DNA of 64,000 nt from an uncultured Oscillospiraceae bacterium (GCA_934630495.1 CAKTVW010000007.1:1828-65827), one strand, 5' to 3'; counted from the first letter of the stretch, positions 8,703 to 19,140 are shown. Notes: generated from the sequence alone by a model not told the origin. A program made the numbers and translations.

Positions 8703-10016
8703 ATGTTAAAAGTTTTGAAATTCGGCGGGACGTCGATGGCAGACGCCGGCCAATACCGCAAGATTCGGGATATCGTCCGCAGCGACCCGTCCCGGAGGGT
8801 GGTGGTCGTGTCCGCCGCCGGCAAACGCTTCGACGGCGACAACAAGATCACCGACCTGCTGTATCTGTGCTACGCGCATCTGCAATACGGCGTGTCCTAC
8901 GACAGCATTTTTGAGATGGTCCGGCAGCGTTATTTTGCCATCCGCGACGAGCTGGGACTGAAAACCGATCTGGAAAAGGAATTTGCCGCGCTTACCGAGC
9001 AAATGAAGAACGGCATTTCCCGCGAAGAGCTGGTTTCGCGCGGCGAATATTTTTCCGCGCTGCTGATGGCGGAATTTTTGGGCTTTCCCTTTATCGACGC
9101 GACGCGCTGGCTGTTCTTCCGCTACGACGGAACGGTCGATCAGGAAAAGTCCTATGCCGCGCTGTCTGCGCTGGTGGGCGATTCCTGCGCGGTCATCCCC
9201 GGCTTCTACGGTCTGATGCCCGACGGCAAAATTCGCACGCTGACCCGCGGCGGCTCGGATATCACGGGCGCATTGGCGGCAGCCGCGCTGGACGCCGACG
9301 TATATGAAAACTGGACGGACGTTTCCGGCATTCTGATGGCCGATCCGCGCATCGTCGATCATCCCAAGACCATCGACCGCGCCACCTACAGCGAGCTGCG
9401 CCAGCTCTCCTACAGCGGCGCGCAGGTCCTACATGAAATGACCGTTTTTCCCGTGCGGGAAAAGAACATACCTCTGAACATCCGCAACACCAACGAGCCG
9501 GACCATCCCGGCACGCTGGTTTCCGAGGAATTTCGCGACGCGCCGAACAATCAGCGCTTCATCACCGGCATCGCCGGCAAGAAGGACTTTTCCATCGTTA
9601 CCATCTCCAAAAAGGGCATGGCCGGGGCAGTCGGAACGCTGCGCGCGATCGTCGAGGTCTTTGAAAAAAACACCGTCCCGATCTGCTATACCCCGACGGG
9701 CATTGACTGCATCTCGCTGGTCGTCCCGACGGAGAAGCTGACGCCGCATCTCTATTCCGTCACCGACGATCTGCGCAAGAGCGTCAGTCCGGACAGCATC
9801 AAGATCACCGACAACATCTCCATTGTCGCCGCCGTCGGCCGCAAAATGGCCTTCCGCGCGGGCACGTCGGGCAAGATCTTCGCGGCGCTGGGGCAGCAGG
9901 GCATCAATATCCGCATGATCTCGCAGGGGCCGGATGAGCTGAACATTCTCGTCGGCGTGGACAACAAGGACTACGCCGCGACCATCCGCGTGCTCTACGA
10001 CGCGTTTGTAAAATGA
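8703..10016 (+). CDS. Aspartate kinase
   Basis: 437 aa. MLKVLKFGGTSMADAG kinase signature and a C-terminal ACT-like region. Confidence 0.88.
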   Translation: MLKVLKFGGTSMADAGQYRKIRDIVRSDPSRRVVVVSAAGKRFDGDNKITDLLYLCYAHLQYGVSYDSIFEMVRQRYFAIRDELGLKTDLEKEFAALTEQMKNGISREELVSRGEYFSALLMAEFLGFPFIDATRWLFFRYDGTVDQEKSYAALSALVGDSCAVIPGFYGLMPDGKIRTLTRGGSDITGALAAAALDADVYENWTDVSGILMADPRIVDHPKTIDRATYSELRQLSYSGAQVLHEMTVFPVREKNIPLNIRNTNEPDHPGTLVSEEFRDAPNNQRFITGIAGKKDFSIVTISKKGMAGAVGTLRAIVEVFEKNTVPICYTPTGIDCISLVVPTEKLTPHLYSVTDDLRKSVSPDSIKITDNISIVAAVGRKMAFRAGTSGKIFAALGQQGINIRMISQGPDELNILVGVDNKDYAATIRVLYDAFVK

Positions 10017-10073
10017 TCCCGAACGGCGGGCAGGACCGCGCCGTTTCGGAAACGCTGTAATGAGGTGAAAATT

Positions 10074-11078
<1,005 letters not shown>

Positions 11079-11133
11079 GCGTACGCAACAAAACACAACG
11101 TAAAAGCATAACGTAAATGCATAACGCCAAAAG

Positions 11134-11164
11134 AAAGGCCGGGAAATATTCCCCGGCCTTTTCG
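11134..11164. terminator. Bidirectional terminator between the convergent asd and plsX-like genes
   Basis: AAAGGCCGGG-loop-CCCGGCCTTTT hairpin flanked by A and T runs. Confidence 0.6.
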
Positions 11165-11186
11165 CTATATTTCGTTCGGCGCAGAG

Positions 11187-12167
11187 TCAGCGCTTTTCCT
11201 GTCGGAAGCAAGCCTCAAAGCGTTCGGTAAGTCGGTTTTCTCCCAGCTCACAGGCGCGGAGGATCAGATTCTCGATCGTCTCCCCGGTCGCAGCGCCGTG
11301 TCCCTTCATGACCAGCGGCTTGACACCCAGCAGCAGTGCGCCGCCCTGCGTGTTATAGTCGTATTTCTTCCGAATTTCGGTGAGCAGGCATTCTGTCTCG
11401 CCGTTTTTTTGCGGCAGACGCTGCGTCAGCTCATCCAAGACGGCCTTTGCCGTTCCCTCGATGGCCTTCAGCAGAATATTCCCCTGAAAGCCGTCGCAGA
11501 CGATCACATCCGTATCGCCCGAAAGCGCACGGTTTGCCTCGACGCTGCCGATAAAATTGAGCTTGGTCTGCCGAAGCAGCTCCGTCGCCGCTTTGACCGT
11601 TTCGCTGCCCTTCGTCTCCTCGACGCCGTTCGAGAGCAGCGCGGTGCGCGGCGCTTCACAGCCGAGCGCCCGCATATACGCACTGCCGACGCGGGCAAAG
11701 CTGACAAAATGCTCCGGGCGGCATTCGGTATACGCGCCGCAGTCGAGCAGGCAGAGCGGCTCGCCGTGCGCAGTCTTCAACTGACTGAGCAATACGGGGC
11801 GCATTCCGCGAATCTTGTCCAAAAGCATGATCGCACACACAAGGATCGCGCCGGTCGCGCCGCAGGTAACGACGCCCGCGACCTCCGGCCGCTCTCTGCA
11901 AAGGCGAAACGCCTTGACGAGTGACGCGTCGCGCCGCAGATAGGACTGCATCGGGTCGTCCAGATTGGTGATCGCGTCGGGCGCGTCCACAGCCTCATAG
12001 CGGCCCGCGCATGCGGGTATTTCTCCGAGGATGCCGTTGATCGTTTCGCTGTGGCCGAAAAGATACAGAAACAGATCTCCGCGTCTGCGCAGAGCCGCCG
12101 CAGCGCCGCGGCAAAGCTCCGCCTCGGGGCGGTCCGCGCCGAGCAGATCGACTGCCAAACAGATCAT
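11187..12167 (-). CDS. PlsX-like phosphate:acyl-ACP acyltransferase (divergent paralogue)
   Basis: ORF trimmed to MICLAVDLLGADRPE (ATGA overlap with the upstream gene). PlsX-type motifs LLDCGAYTECRPEH and DGFQGNILLK are present. The N-terminal GGD motif is degenerate (GAD). Confidence 0.7.
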   Translation of the reverse strand: MICLAVDLLGADRPEAELCRGAAAALRRRGDLFLYLFGHSETINGILGEIPACAGRYEAVDAPDAITNLDDPMQSYLRRDASLVKAFRLCRERPEVAGVVTCGATGAILVCAIMLLDKIRGMRPVLLSQLKTAHGEPLCLLDCGAYTECRPEHFVSFARVGSAYMRALGCEAPRTALLSNGVEETKGSETVKAATELLRQTKLNFIGSVEANRALSGDTDVIVCDGFQGNILLKAIEGTAKAVLDELTQRLPQKNGETECLLTEIRKKYDYNTQGGALLLGVKPLVMKGHGAATGETIENLILRACELGENRLTERFEACFRQEKR

Positions 12168-12910
12168 AAAAATTCCTCCCAGTGCTCCGTGCGCCGCTGC
12201 CAGACCCGTTCCAAGATCGTTCGGTAGACCTCCGGCGAAAACGGCGGCTTCGTCAGGCCGCACAGCGTTTCCTCCGTCAGACGGCCCTGCGCCGCAAATT
12301 CTTTTCCTGCCTCGGTAAAGCGGGCAAGCCGCCGTGCCAGTCTGCCGCCGCCCATTTCCACAAGGGTCATAAGCTGCGGACAGGTCACGGCGGTATAGCG
12401 CCCCCTGCCGAAGATCAGATCAAGCTGCGCAAGCAGCGCATCGAATACTCGGTCCGACTCGGTATAGGCACAGCCGGAGATCAAAACGAACCTCTGTTCC
12501 GGTCGGTCATAGCGCGGGGCGTGCGCCGGACGGCAGGCAGGCGGGACCTCGTGTCCCCGGTAGGTTTGCAGCATCGACAGCATACGGTCGACAAATACCT
12601 TGACCTGCCCGGGCATCCCGAAAAAGTAGAGCGGGAAGCTTGCGATCACCACATCGGCATCGAGCAGCTTCCGCTTCATTTCCGCGGCGTCGTCGTTCTG
12701 AATGATGCAGGAGCCTTCCGTTCGGCTCCAGCAGGAAAAGCAGCCCCGGCACGGCGTAATGTGCAGGGAGGCGATCGCGACCGTTTCCGTTGCCGCTCCG
12801 GTCGCCTCGCAGAGTCCCGCCGTGAAGGCCTCGGCGACGGTCAGGGTGCTGCTGTGCTCCTTTCTGGGGCTGCCGTTGAGGAGCAGAACACGCGTCGGTT
12901 TTTTCATCAT
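12164..12910 (-). CDS. Flavodoxin-like fold NAD(P)H-dependent FMN reductase family protein
   Basis: MMKKPTRVLLLNGSPRKEHSST..., CRGCFSCW, and VIASFPLYFFGMPGQ. This is the Isf/NADPH-dependent FMN reductase pattern. Confidence 0.65.
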   Translation of the reverse strand: MMKKPTRVLLLNGSPRKEHSSTLTVAEAFTAGLCEATGAATETVAIASLHITPCRGCFSCWSRTEGSCIIQNDDAAEMKRKLLDADVVIASFPLYFFGMPGQVKVFVDRMLSMLQTYRGHEVPPACRPAHAPRYDRPEQRFVLISGCAYTESDRVFDALLAQLDLIFGRGRYTAVTCPQLMTLVEMGGGRLARRLARFTEAGKEFAAQGRLTEETLCGLTKPPFSPEVYRTILERVWQRRTEHWEEFL

Positions 12911-12926
12911 AGCCGGCTCACCCATC

Positions 12927-13859
12927 TTACACCGCACAGACCGTCAATTCCCGCACCGTCTGCCGCAGAGAAGCGGCGTCATTGACCGTAAAGGCGCGCG
13001 CATCGGGAAGCGTGCGGCGGACGAAGCCCGTCAGGGCCGAGCCTGCGCCGACCTCGACAAAGGTATCGACACCGTCGTTTTCGAGATTTCGGAGCGTTCT
13101 TTCCCATAAAACGGGAGACGCGGCCTGCATACAGAGCGTTTCGGCGCGGGCAGCCGCGTCGTCGGGATAGGGCAGAGCGGTTCGGTTGGCATAGACGGGG
13201 ATTCGGGGCGTTTGCAGCGGGTGCTCCGCCAAAAAGCCGCGCAGGATCCCCGCCGCCTCCAGCATATAGGGCGTGTGGAACGCGCTGCCGACGGGAAGCC
13301 TGACCGCGCGGCCGCCCGCCTCCTTGACCGCCGCACAGAACGGTCCGAGCAGGTCGGTATCGCCCGCACAGACGATCTGCCCGGGGCAGTTATAATTCAC
13401 GGGCCAGACGGCGGAAAATTCGGCGCAGAGCCGTTCGACCGTTTCCGCGTCCAGCTTGAGCGCCGCGACCATGCCGCCGGGGTGCCGCTCGGACAGCTTG
13501 GCCATCGTCTCGCCGCGCAGCAGCGTCAGGCGAAACGCGTCCTCCGCCGAGAGCATCCCCGCAAATGCGGCGGCAGGCAGCTCTCCGAGGGAGAATCCCG
13601 CGGCCGCGTCCGGTACGATCCCCTCCTGCCGCAGTGCTTCGGCAATGGCCAGATCGGTCAGGAACAGGCAGGGCTGCGTATTTTCGGTCTTCATCAGCTC
13701 GCCCGGATCGCCGGAAAAGCACATCGCCTTCACGCCGGGACGGATCGCCTCGCCCATGGCATAGACGGCCTTGGCAGCGGCATTCTCCGCCTCTAAGTCC
13801 ATGCCCATGCCGACGCGCTGACTTCCCTGCCCCGCAAACAAAAATGCAAGCTTTCCCAT
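12927..13859 (-). CDS. fabD: Malonyl-CoA:ACP transacylase
   Basis: 310 aa with FLFAGQGSQRVGMG and the active-site GFSLGE. Confidence 0.88.
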   Translation of the reverse strand: MGKLAFLFAGQGSQRVGMGMDLEAENAAAKAVYAMGEAIRPGVKAMCFSGDPGELMKTENTQPCLFLTDLAIAEALRQEGIVPDAAAGFSLGELPAAAFAGMLSAEDAFRLTLLRGETMAKLSERHPGGMVAALKLDAETVERLCAEFSAVWPVNYNCPGQIVCAGDTDLLGPFCAAVKEAGGRAVRLPVGSAFHTPYMLEAAGILRGFLAEHPLQTPRIPVYANRTALPYPDDAAARAETLCMQAASPVLWERTLRNLENDGVDTFVEVGAGSALTGFVRRTLPDARAFTVNDAASLRQTVRELTVCAV

Positions 13860-13860
13860 A

Positions 13861-14316
13861 CTACGCCTCCGCGCCGCCGTCGAGCGTTTTTCTTTCCAGC
13901 GCGGTAAAGGACAGCGTGCCCTTCGCGCGGCACTCGCCCGCGACGGTCACGACCGCGTCAAAGCTGATGAGCGGCCCGCCGCGGCTTTTTTTTGTCACGG
14001 TAATATCCATCGTGTCTCCGGGGAGCACGGGCTTCAGGAATTTAAAGCCGTCCAGCTTCAAAAGCACATACAGCTTGTCCTCCTCCGTTTCCGAAGCATC
14101 CACGGTCAGAGAGCAGAGCTGTGCACAGCTCTCCGCGATCAGTACACCGGGAAGGATGGGCGTTCCCGGAAAATGTCCGGCAAACCACGGATCGTTGATC
14201 GAAACGGTCTTGTGCCCTACGGCACGTTCGCCCGCCTCATACTCCGATATGCGCTCGATCATCTGAAACGGCGGCCGCTGCTTCAGGCGGCGGTCGACCT
14301 CGTAAATATTCATCAT
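13861..14316 (-). CDS. fabZ: 3-hydroxyacyl-ACP dehydratase (FabZ-type hot-dog)
   Basis: Only the C-terminal 151 aa of track ORF 13861..15150 are genuine. MMNIYEV...PPFQMIERI...GHFPGTPILPGVLIAES. ATGA overlap with fabG. Confidence 0.85.
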   Translation of the reverse strand: MMNIYEVDRRLKQRPPFQMIERISEYEAGERAVGHKTVSINDPWFAGHFPGTPILPGVLIAESCAQLCSLTVDASETEEDKLYVLLKLDGFKFLKPVLPGDTMDITVTKKSRGGPLISFDAVVTVAGECRAKGTLSFTALERKTLDGGAEA

Positions 14317-15044
14317 AGGGACAGTCCTCCGTCCAGCGTCAGAATTTGTCCGGTCATATAGGAGCAGGCGTCCGACGCCAGCAGCGAGACCAGTCCTGCG
14401 ACCTCCTCGGCCGTGCCCAGACGGTGCATGGGGATCGCGTTCAGATATTCTTCCTTCTTTTCCTGCGGAAGCGACTGAAGCATATCCGTCTCGATAAAGC
14501 CGGGTGCAACGGCGTTGACGCGGATGCCGTAGGGCGCAAGCTCCTTCGCCATCGTCCGCGTCAGGGCGTTGACCGCGCCCTTCGTCGCGCTGTAGACGCT
14601 CTGCCCGGGCAGGGCAAAGGTCCCGCTGACGGACGAAATATTGACGACGGCGCCGCACTTGCGGCGGAACATCTTCAAGACCGCCTGCTGTGCGCAGTAG
14701 ATATAGCCCTTGACATTCAGGTCCATGCAGTCGTCGAGCGTTTTTTCCTGCACCATCAGCAGATATTCGTCGCGGACGATCCCGGCGTTGTTCACCAGCA
14801 GATCGAGCTGTCCGAAGCTCTTGACGACCTCGCGCATCATAGTCTTTACGGCGTTCGGGTCGGACACGTCGGCCTGACACAGCATTCCTCGGCCGCCCTC
14901 GGCCTCGATCAGCCGCAGGACCTCCTCCGCCTCGGACGCATTGTGCGCATAGTTTACCGCGACGGCGTAGCCGTCTCTTGCCAGCCGCAGCGCACAGGCG
15001 CGGCCGATCCCCCGGGAAGCCCCGGTCACTAATGCAGCTTTCAT
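14313..15044 (-). CDS. fabG: 3-oxoacyl-ACP reductase (SDR)
   Basis: 243 aa with TGASRGIGRA and the catalytic S...YSATK. Confidence 0.85.
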   Translation of the reverse strand: MKAALVTGASRGIGRACALRLARDGYAVAVNYAHNASEAEEVLRLIEAEGGRGMLCQADVSDPNAVKTMMREVVKSFGQLDLLVNNAGIVRDEYLLMVQEKTLDDCMDLNVKGYIYCAQQAVLKMFRRKCGAVVNISSVSGTFALPGQSVYSATKGAVNALTRTMAKELAPYGIRVNAVAPGFIETDMLQSLPQEKKEEYLNAIPMHRLGTAEEVAGLVSLLASDACSYMTGQILTLDGGLSL

Positions 15045-15053
15045 ATTGCCTCC

Positions 15054-17417
15054 TCAGCGTGCAAGGATCACGGCGGTATACGAGCCGCCGGAGCCGTAGG
15101 AGATCACAAGGATGCGGCCCAGCCCGTCCGCCTCGACGGCGCACTTGCACAGCTTGCCGTCAACGCGGCGGTAGGCGTCGGCCTCCGCGCTCAGATCGCC
15201 GTGCAGCAACAGCGCGGCATGGGCAAGCCCCAACGCAGCGGCCGCGGCGCGGCCCTCGCCCACGCGCTCCTTGACAGAAAGCACGGGGATGCTGCCGAAC
15301 ATCGCCGAGATCGTCTCCGTCTCGATCGTGTCCACGGCCTTGCAGCCGTTGGCAAAGCCGATCACGGCGTCGATCTCTTCCGGCTTCAGACCGCCGTCAC
15401 GCAGCGCCTCGTCTATCGCCGCGCGAAGCGCCTCGGCAGAGCCGGTCAGCGTACCGAAGGGAACGCTGTCGTGCGCCGTGCCGCAGCCGCAGACGCGGCA
15501 GTAGACCTCCGCGTTTCTCGCGGCGGCGTTTTCCCGCGATTCCAGCACGAGCGTGACGCTGCCGTCGGAGAGCGGGAAGCCGGAGCCTTCGGAATAGGGC
15601 TTCACAGCCTCGTCTGCAACGAGGCCGAGCGTACCGTAAAGCTCCGAGAGGATTTCGTTGTTTTCGTCGCTGCCGGAGACCAGCATTGCGTCCGCGCGGC
15701 CGCTTTGCAGCACGTTTACGGCATATACCGCGCTTTGCAGTCCCGACTGTGCGCCGTTGGTCACGGTAACGCTGTAGCCGCGGATACCCGCGCAGATGGA
15801 AAGATAGCCGCCTGCGGCGTTGTAGACCGTGTTGGGGAATTTAAAGGCGCTGCCCGCCGCGTTGCCCTTTTCGGCGATCATTTTCTGAAAATCACAGCTC
15901 GGGCCGAGCGCTCCCTCCGAGGTACCGACGGCGATGCCGATACGCTCGGCGTTGCCTTCGTCGACCGTCAGGCCGCTGTCGTGCAGCGCAGCCAGACCGG
16001 AAACGGCCTGAAGCTGGCTGAAATGATCCAGCTTGCGGTAAAACGCCATTTTCAGCCCTACGCTGCCCAACTCCTCCGCACCGACATGAGAAGCGGCGCT
16101 TCCCGTGCAGATGCGCTCCTCGGCCTTACAGGCTTCTATGTAGCGCGTTTTCCCGCTGCCCAGCGGCGTCACAAGGCCCATGCCGGTGAGCACGATCTCC
16201 TTTTTCCCGGAGACGGACGGAGCATTCTCCCGCTGCTTGCCGAACACGATGCTTGCGTTGTTCCCGCCGAAGGCAAAGGAATTGCTCATGACATTCGTAA
16301 GCTCTTTGGAAACGGGCACATTCGGGCAGAAATCCATCTCCCCGGCTCTTTGTACCAAAAGCTCCATGTCCTCCTGCCGATAGCCGAGCGTCGGCGGCAT
16401 GCAATTCTCCGTCAGCGCCTTGACGGTAAACACCGCCTCGATCGCGCCCGCCGCACCGAGGCAGTGTCCGGTCATCGCCTTGGTAGAGCTGACACCCGGT
16501 GTGCCGTGTACGGGATCAAAGATCGTATGCAAAGAGAGAAACTCCGCCTCGTCGTTTTTGGCCGTTCCGGTGCCGTGCGCGTTGATATAGTCGATATCGG
16601 CGGCGTTCAGGCCGGAATCTGCGATGGCGGCGCGGATCGCAGCGATCTGCCCTGCACCGTCCGGCCGCGGCGCGGTGATATGAAAAGCGTCGCTGCTGAC
16701 GCCCGCGCCGAGCACCTCGCAATAAATTTTCGCGCCGCGTGCCTTCGCATGCTCATAGGATTCTACAATCAGCGCGCCCGCGCCCTCGCCCAGCGTAATG
16801 CCGTGCGAACGGTTAAAGGGCGAGCAGGGGCCGTCCTCAAGCGCATGGAGCGACAGGAAGCCCGCATACGGCACCGGCGAAAACGCATCCGCGCCGCCCG
16901 CGACGACGATATCCGCCCTGCCCGCGCGGATCAGATCGCAGGCATAGGCAATGCTGATCGTACCGGCGGCGCAGGCGTTGGCGATATTTGTGACCGTTCC
17001 GCCCGCATGGCAGAGCGCGGCGGCATGATTGGCAAGCGCGGAGATCGGCATATTAAGGACGTTCTCGCGGCTTTTCTCTTCGGTATAATACTTTTCAATG
17101 CTCTTGCCGCCGCCCACGCAGCTCCCCATGATTACGCTCGCCCGCCGATCGCCGTTAAAATCCTCTACGGTGGCGTCGGAAAGCGCTTCTCTGACCGCGC
17201 TCAGACACAGCGCGACGGTGCGGTCCTCCCCGTTCTCGGGGAAGTCCGCAATCTCGGCGGAATAATCCGTATAGCAATTCTCCGTGTTCACGGTGGCCGT
17301 GCGGCCGATCCCGCTCTTAGACGCCAGAATGCTCTGCCAGCACTCCGGGAGAGAACGGCCGATGGCGCTGACGACACCCAGCCCCGTGATTACGCATCTG
17401 TTTTTATCCTGCGTCAT
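15054..17417 (-). CDS. Fused ketosynthase / chain-length-factor-like protein (KS-CLF didomain)
   Basis: About 787 aa. The N-terminal half is a complete KAS I/II-type KS (ANACAAGT Cys, HITAP His, NAHGTGT His). The C-terminal half is KS-like but has Gln in place of the active Cys (VTNGAQSGL) and lacks the catalytic His (GFANGCK). Start set at the ATG at 17417. Confidence 0.8.
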   Translation of the reverse strand: MTQDKNRCVITGLGVVSAIGRSLPECWQSILASKSGIGRTATVNTENCYTDYSAEIADFPENGEDRTVALCLSAVREALSDATVEDFNGDRRASVIMGSCVGGGKSIEKYYTEEKSRENVLNMPISALANHAAALCHAGGTVTNIANACAAGTISIAYACDLIRAGRADIVVAGGADAFSPVPYAGFLSLHALEDGPCSPFNRSHGITLGEGAGALIVESYEHAKARGAKIYCEVLGAGVSSDAFHITAPRPDGAGQIAAIRAAIADSGLNAADIDYINAHGTGTAKNDEAEFLSLHTIFDPVHGTPGVSSTKAMTGHCLGAAGAIEAVFTVKALTENCMPPTLGYRQEDMELLVQRAGEMDFCPNVPVSKELTNVMSNSFAFGGNNASIVFGKQRENAPSVSGKKEIVLTGMGLVTPLGSGKTRYIEACKAEERICTGSAASHVGAEELGSVGLKMAFYRKLDHFSQLQAVSGLAALHDSGLTVDEGNAERIGIAVGTSEGALGPSCDFQKMIAEKGNAAGSAFKFPNTVYNAAGGYLSICAGIRGYSVTVTNGAQSGLQSAVYAVNVLQSGRADAMLVSGSDENNEILSELYGTLGLVADEAVKPYSEGSGFPLSDGSVTLVLESRENAAARNAEVYCRVCGCGTAHDSVPFGTLTGSAEALRAAIDEALRDGGLKPEEIDAVIGFANGCKAVDTIETETISAMFGSIPVLSVKERVGEGRAAAAALGLAHAALLLHGDLSAEADAYRRVDGKLCKCAVEADGLGRILVISYGSGGSYTAVILAR

Positions 17418-17425
17418 AGGAAGAA

Positions 17426-17668
17426 TCAGACGTGGCTGCAAACATACGCGGCAAGCGCGTCGATATTGCGGAAGTTTTCCTTGTCCGCGCCGGTCATGGA
17501 AACGCCGTATTCCTCGTCGATCGCAGAGATGATCTCCAAAGAATCGATGGAATCCAGTCCGATGCCCTCACCGAACAGGACGGTGTCATATTCCAGTCCC
17601 TCCGGCTCAATGCCGAGGCGCTCGCAGAGCATATCCTTGATCTTTGCCTTTACTTCCGTTGCGTTCAT
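17426..17668 (-). CDS. Acyl carrier protein
   Basis: 80 aa from the ATG at 17668 (AAAGGAGAAACACT ATG). Phosphopantetheine-attachment context GLDSIDSLE. Confidence 0.85.
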   Translation of the reverse strand: MNATEVKAKIKDMLCERLGIEPEGLEYDTVLFGEGIGLDSIDSLEIISAIDEEYGVSMTGADKENFRNIDALAAYVCSHV

Positions 17669-17922
17669 AGTGTTTCTCCTTTTGTCTTTATTCGGGCACG
17701 TTCCGCGCGGTGCGCGGAGGCCCCCCCCGACCGATCGACTCGGCTCTCCGTCCGACACGCAGACGAATGCGGACGTCCGGTCGTCCTGAGCCGTTGATCC
17801 GAAACGGCGGTCAGTCTATTTTATTATATTCAAAACCACAGAAATTGCAAGAGGATAGCGCCCTCTTCGGTCAAAAAACGTCGAACTGCGGCAATTTTCG
17901 GAACTGCGGCACGCTCCTTCTC

Positions 17923-19140
17923 CTACAGCGTCAGGCCCAGCGTCAGGATCCCCAGATTTTTGGCATATATTTCGTCGAACTGCTCCGGCGGCAGCGGGTT
18001 TTCGCCGTGTCCCACCTCGATCGTATAGCCCGGTCGGTCAAAGTCCTGAATAAACCAATCCTTATAGCCCGCAAAGCCCGAGGCGAACGGCGTATCCTCC
18101 AGCGTATAGCCGCTCACGCGGGCAAATTCCTCGCCGATCTCCCGCGCGTTTTCCGGCTCGAGATCCATGAATTTCCAGTAGATCACCTCGCCCTGCGAAT
18201 GGTAGGACAGTGTCAGCCGCGGGGCGACCCGCCGCGTCAGCCGCGCCATCGCCGCGCTCTCCGGCTGGTCCAGCGGCGCATCGCCCACATAGTCGCGCGG
18301 TGCAGGCCCGACAAAACCGAGCGCGAATTTGTTTTCCCGCGCCTGTTCCCAGCCGGCCGGATAATTCAGATTCAGGTCGACGCCCTCCAAATTCGCCTTC
18401 CAGCCGCTCGGGAACGGGATAAAGGGATAATACGCGCCGATGAGCTGGGCGACCTCATACTGTGTGCTCCCCGGCTCGATCGCGCCGGTCACAAGATCGA
18501 CGCCGTCCGGATTGACCATCGGCACAAGGTAGAGCTGTGTGCGCCGAAACAGCCGCCGCGCGTTTTCTCCGAAGATCTCGCCGTTTTCGGAGATCGCCCG
18601 CGCGTAGTCCTCCAAGAATTTCATCAGCACGGGCGTCGTGATCCATTCGTTTGCATGGTGGCTTGCATTGTACAGCACGGAGTGCATCCCCGTGCCGAGC
18701 TTCAGCAAGCGGACGCTCCGCCCGTAGGCCGTCGTCGCGATCCCCTGCTCCGTCAGGAACGGATATCGCGCCAGCAGGCCCTGTATGCAGATCTGCAGCA
18801 GCTCTGAGGTAAACGGAAGATCCGTCGGCACGACCGGAAAACCGAACGGCACGATCAGGTACTGTCCCGCTCGGAGGCGCGTCGGGTCGGCGTTCGGATT
18901 TGCCGTTTCGATCGCGTTCACCGTCGTGTCGTACTGCCGCGCGATCCGGTAAAAGGTATCGCCGGGTTTGATCATGTAGCGCTCATACCCGAGAAGGTAC
19001 GGACTGAGGCGCTGCATCGTCAGAATGTCCTCCCGGCCGGACGGATACAGCCCCACGCGCCGCTGAAAGTCTTCCAGATCGGTCGCCCCGGCGCGCCGCA
19101 GGGCAAGCTCGGTATAATTCAAAACGATCCCCTCCGGCAC
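17923..19140 (-). CDS. LysM-domain M14 metallopeptidase (gamma-D-glutamyl-meso-DAP peptidase-like)
   Basis: 405 aa. LysM segment YMIKPGDTFYRIARQYDTTVNAIETANP and Zn-carboxypeptidase motif SHHANEW. Confidence 0.75.
   Translation of the reverse strand: MPEGIVLNYTELALRRAGATDLEDFQRRVGLYPSGREDILTMQRLSPYLLGYERYMIKPGDTFYRIARQYDTTVNAIETANPNADPTRLRAGQYLIVPFGFPVVPTDLPFTSELLQICIQGLLARYPFLTEQGIATTAYGRSVRLLKLGTGMHSVLYNASHHANEWITTPVLMKFLEDYARAISENGEIFGENARRLFRRTQLYLVPMVNPDGVDLVTGAIEPGSTQYEVAQLIGAYYPFIPFPSGWKANLEGVDLNLNYPAGWEQARENKFALGFVGPAPRDYVGDAPLDQPESAAMARLTRRVAPRLTLSYHSQGEVIYWKFMDLEPENAREIGEEFARVSGYTLEDTPFASGFAGYKDWFIQDFDRPGYTIEVGHGENPLPPEQFDEIYAKNLGILTLGLTL

Noticed and set aside
13861-15150. 429-aa minus-strand ORF spanning fabZ and fabG.
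   Set aside because: Only the last 151 codons (from MMNIYEV at 14316) look like a real protein, FabZ. The upstream part is an out-of-frame read through fabG with an Arg-rich nonsense translation.
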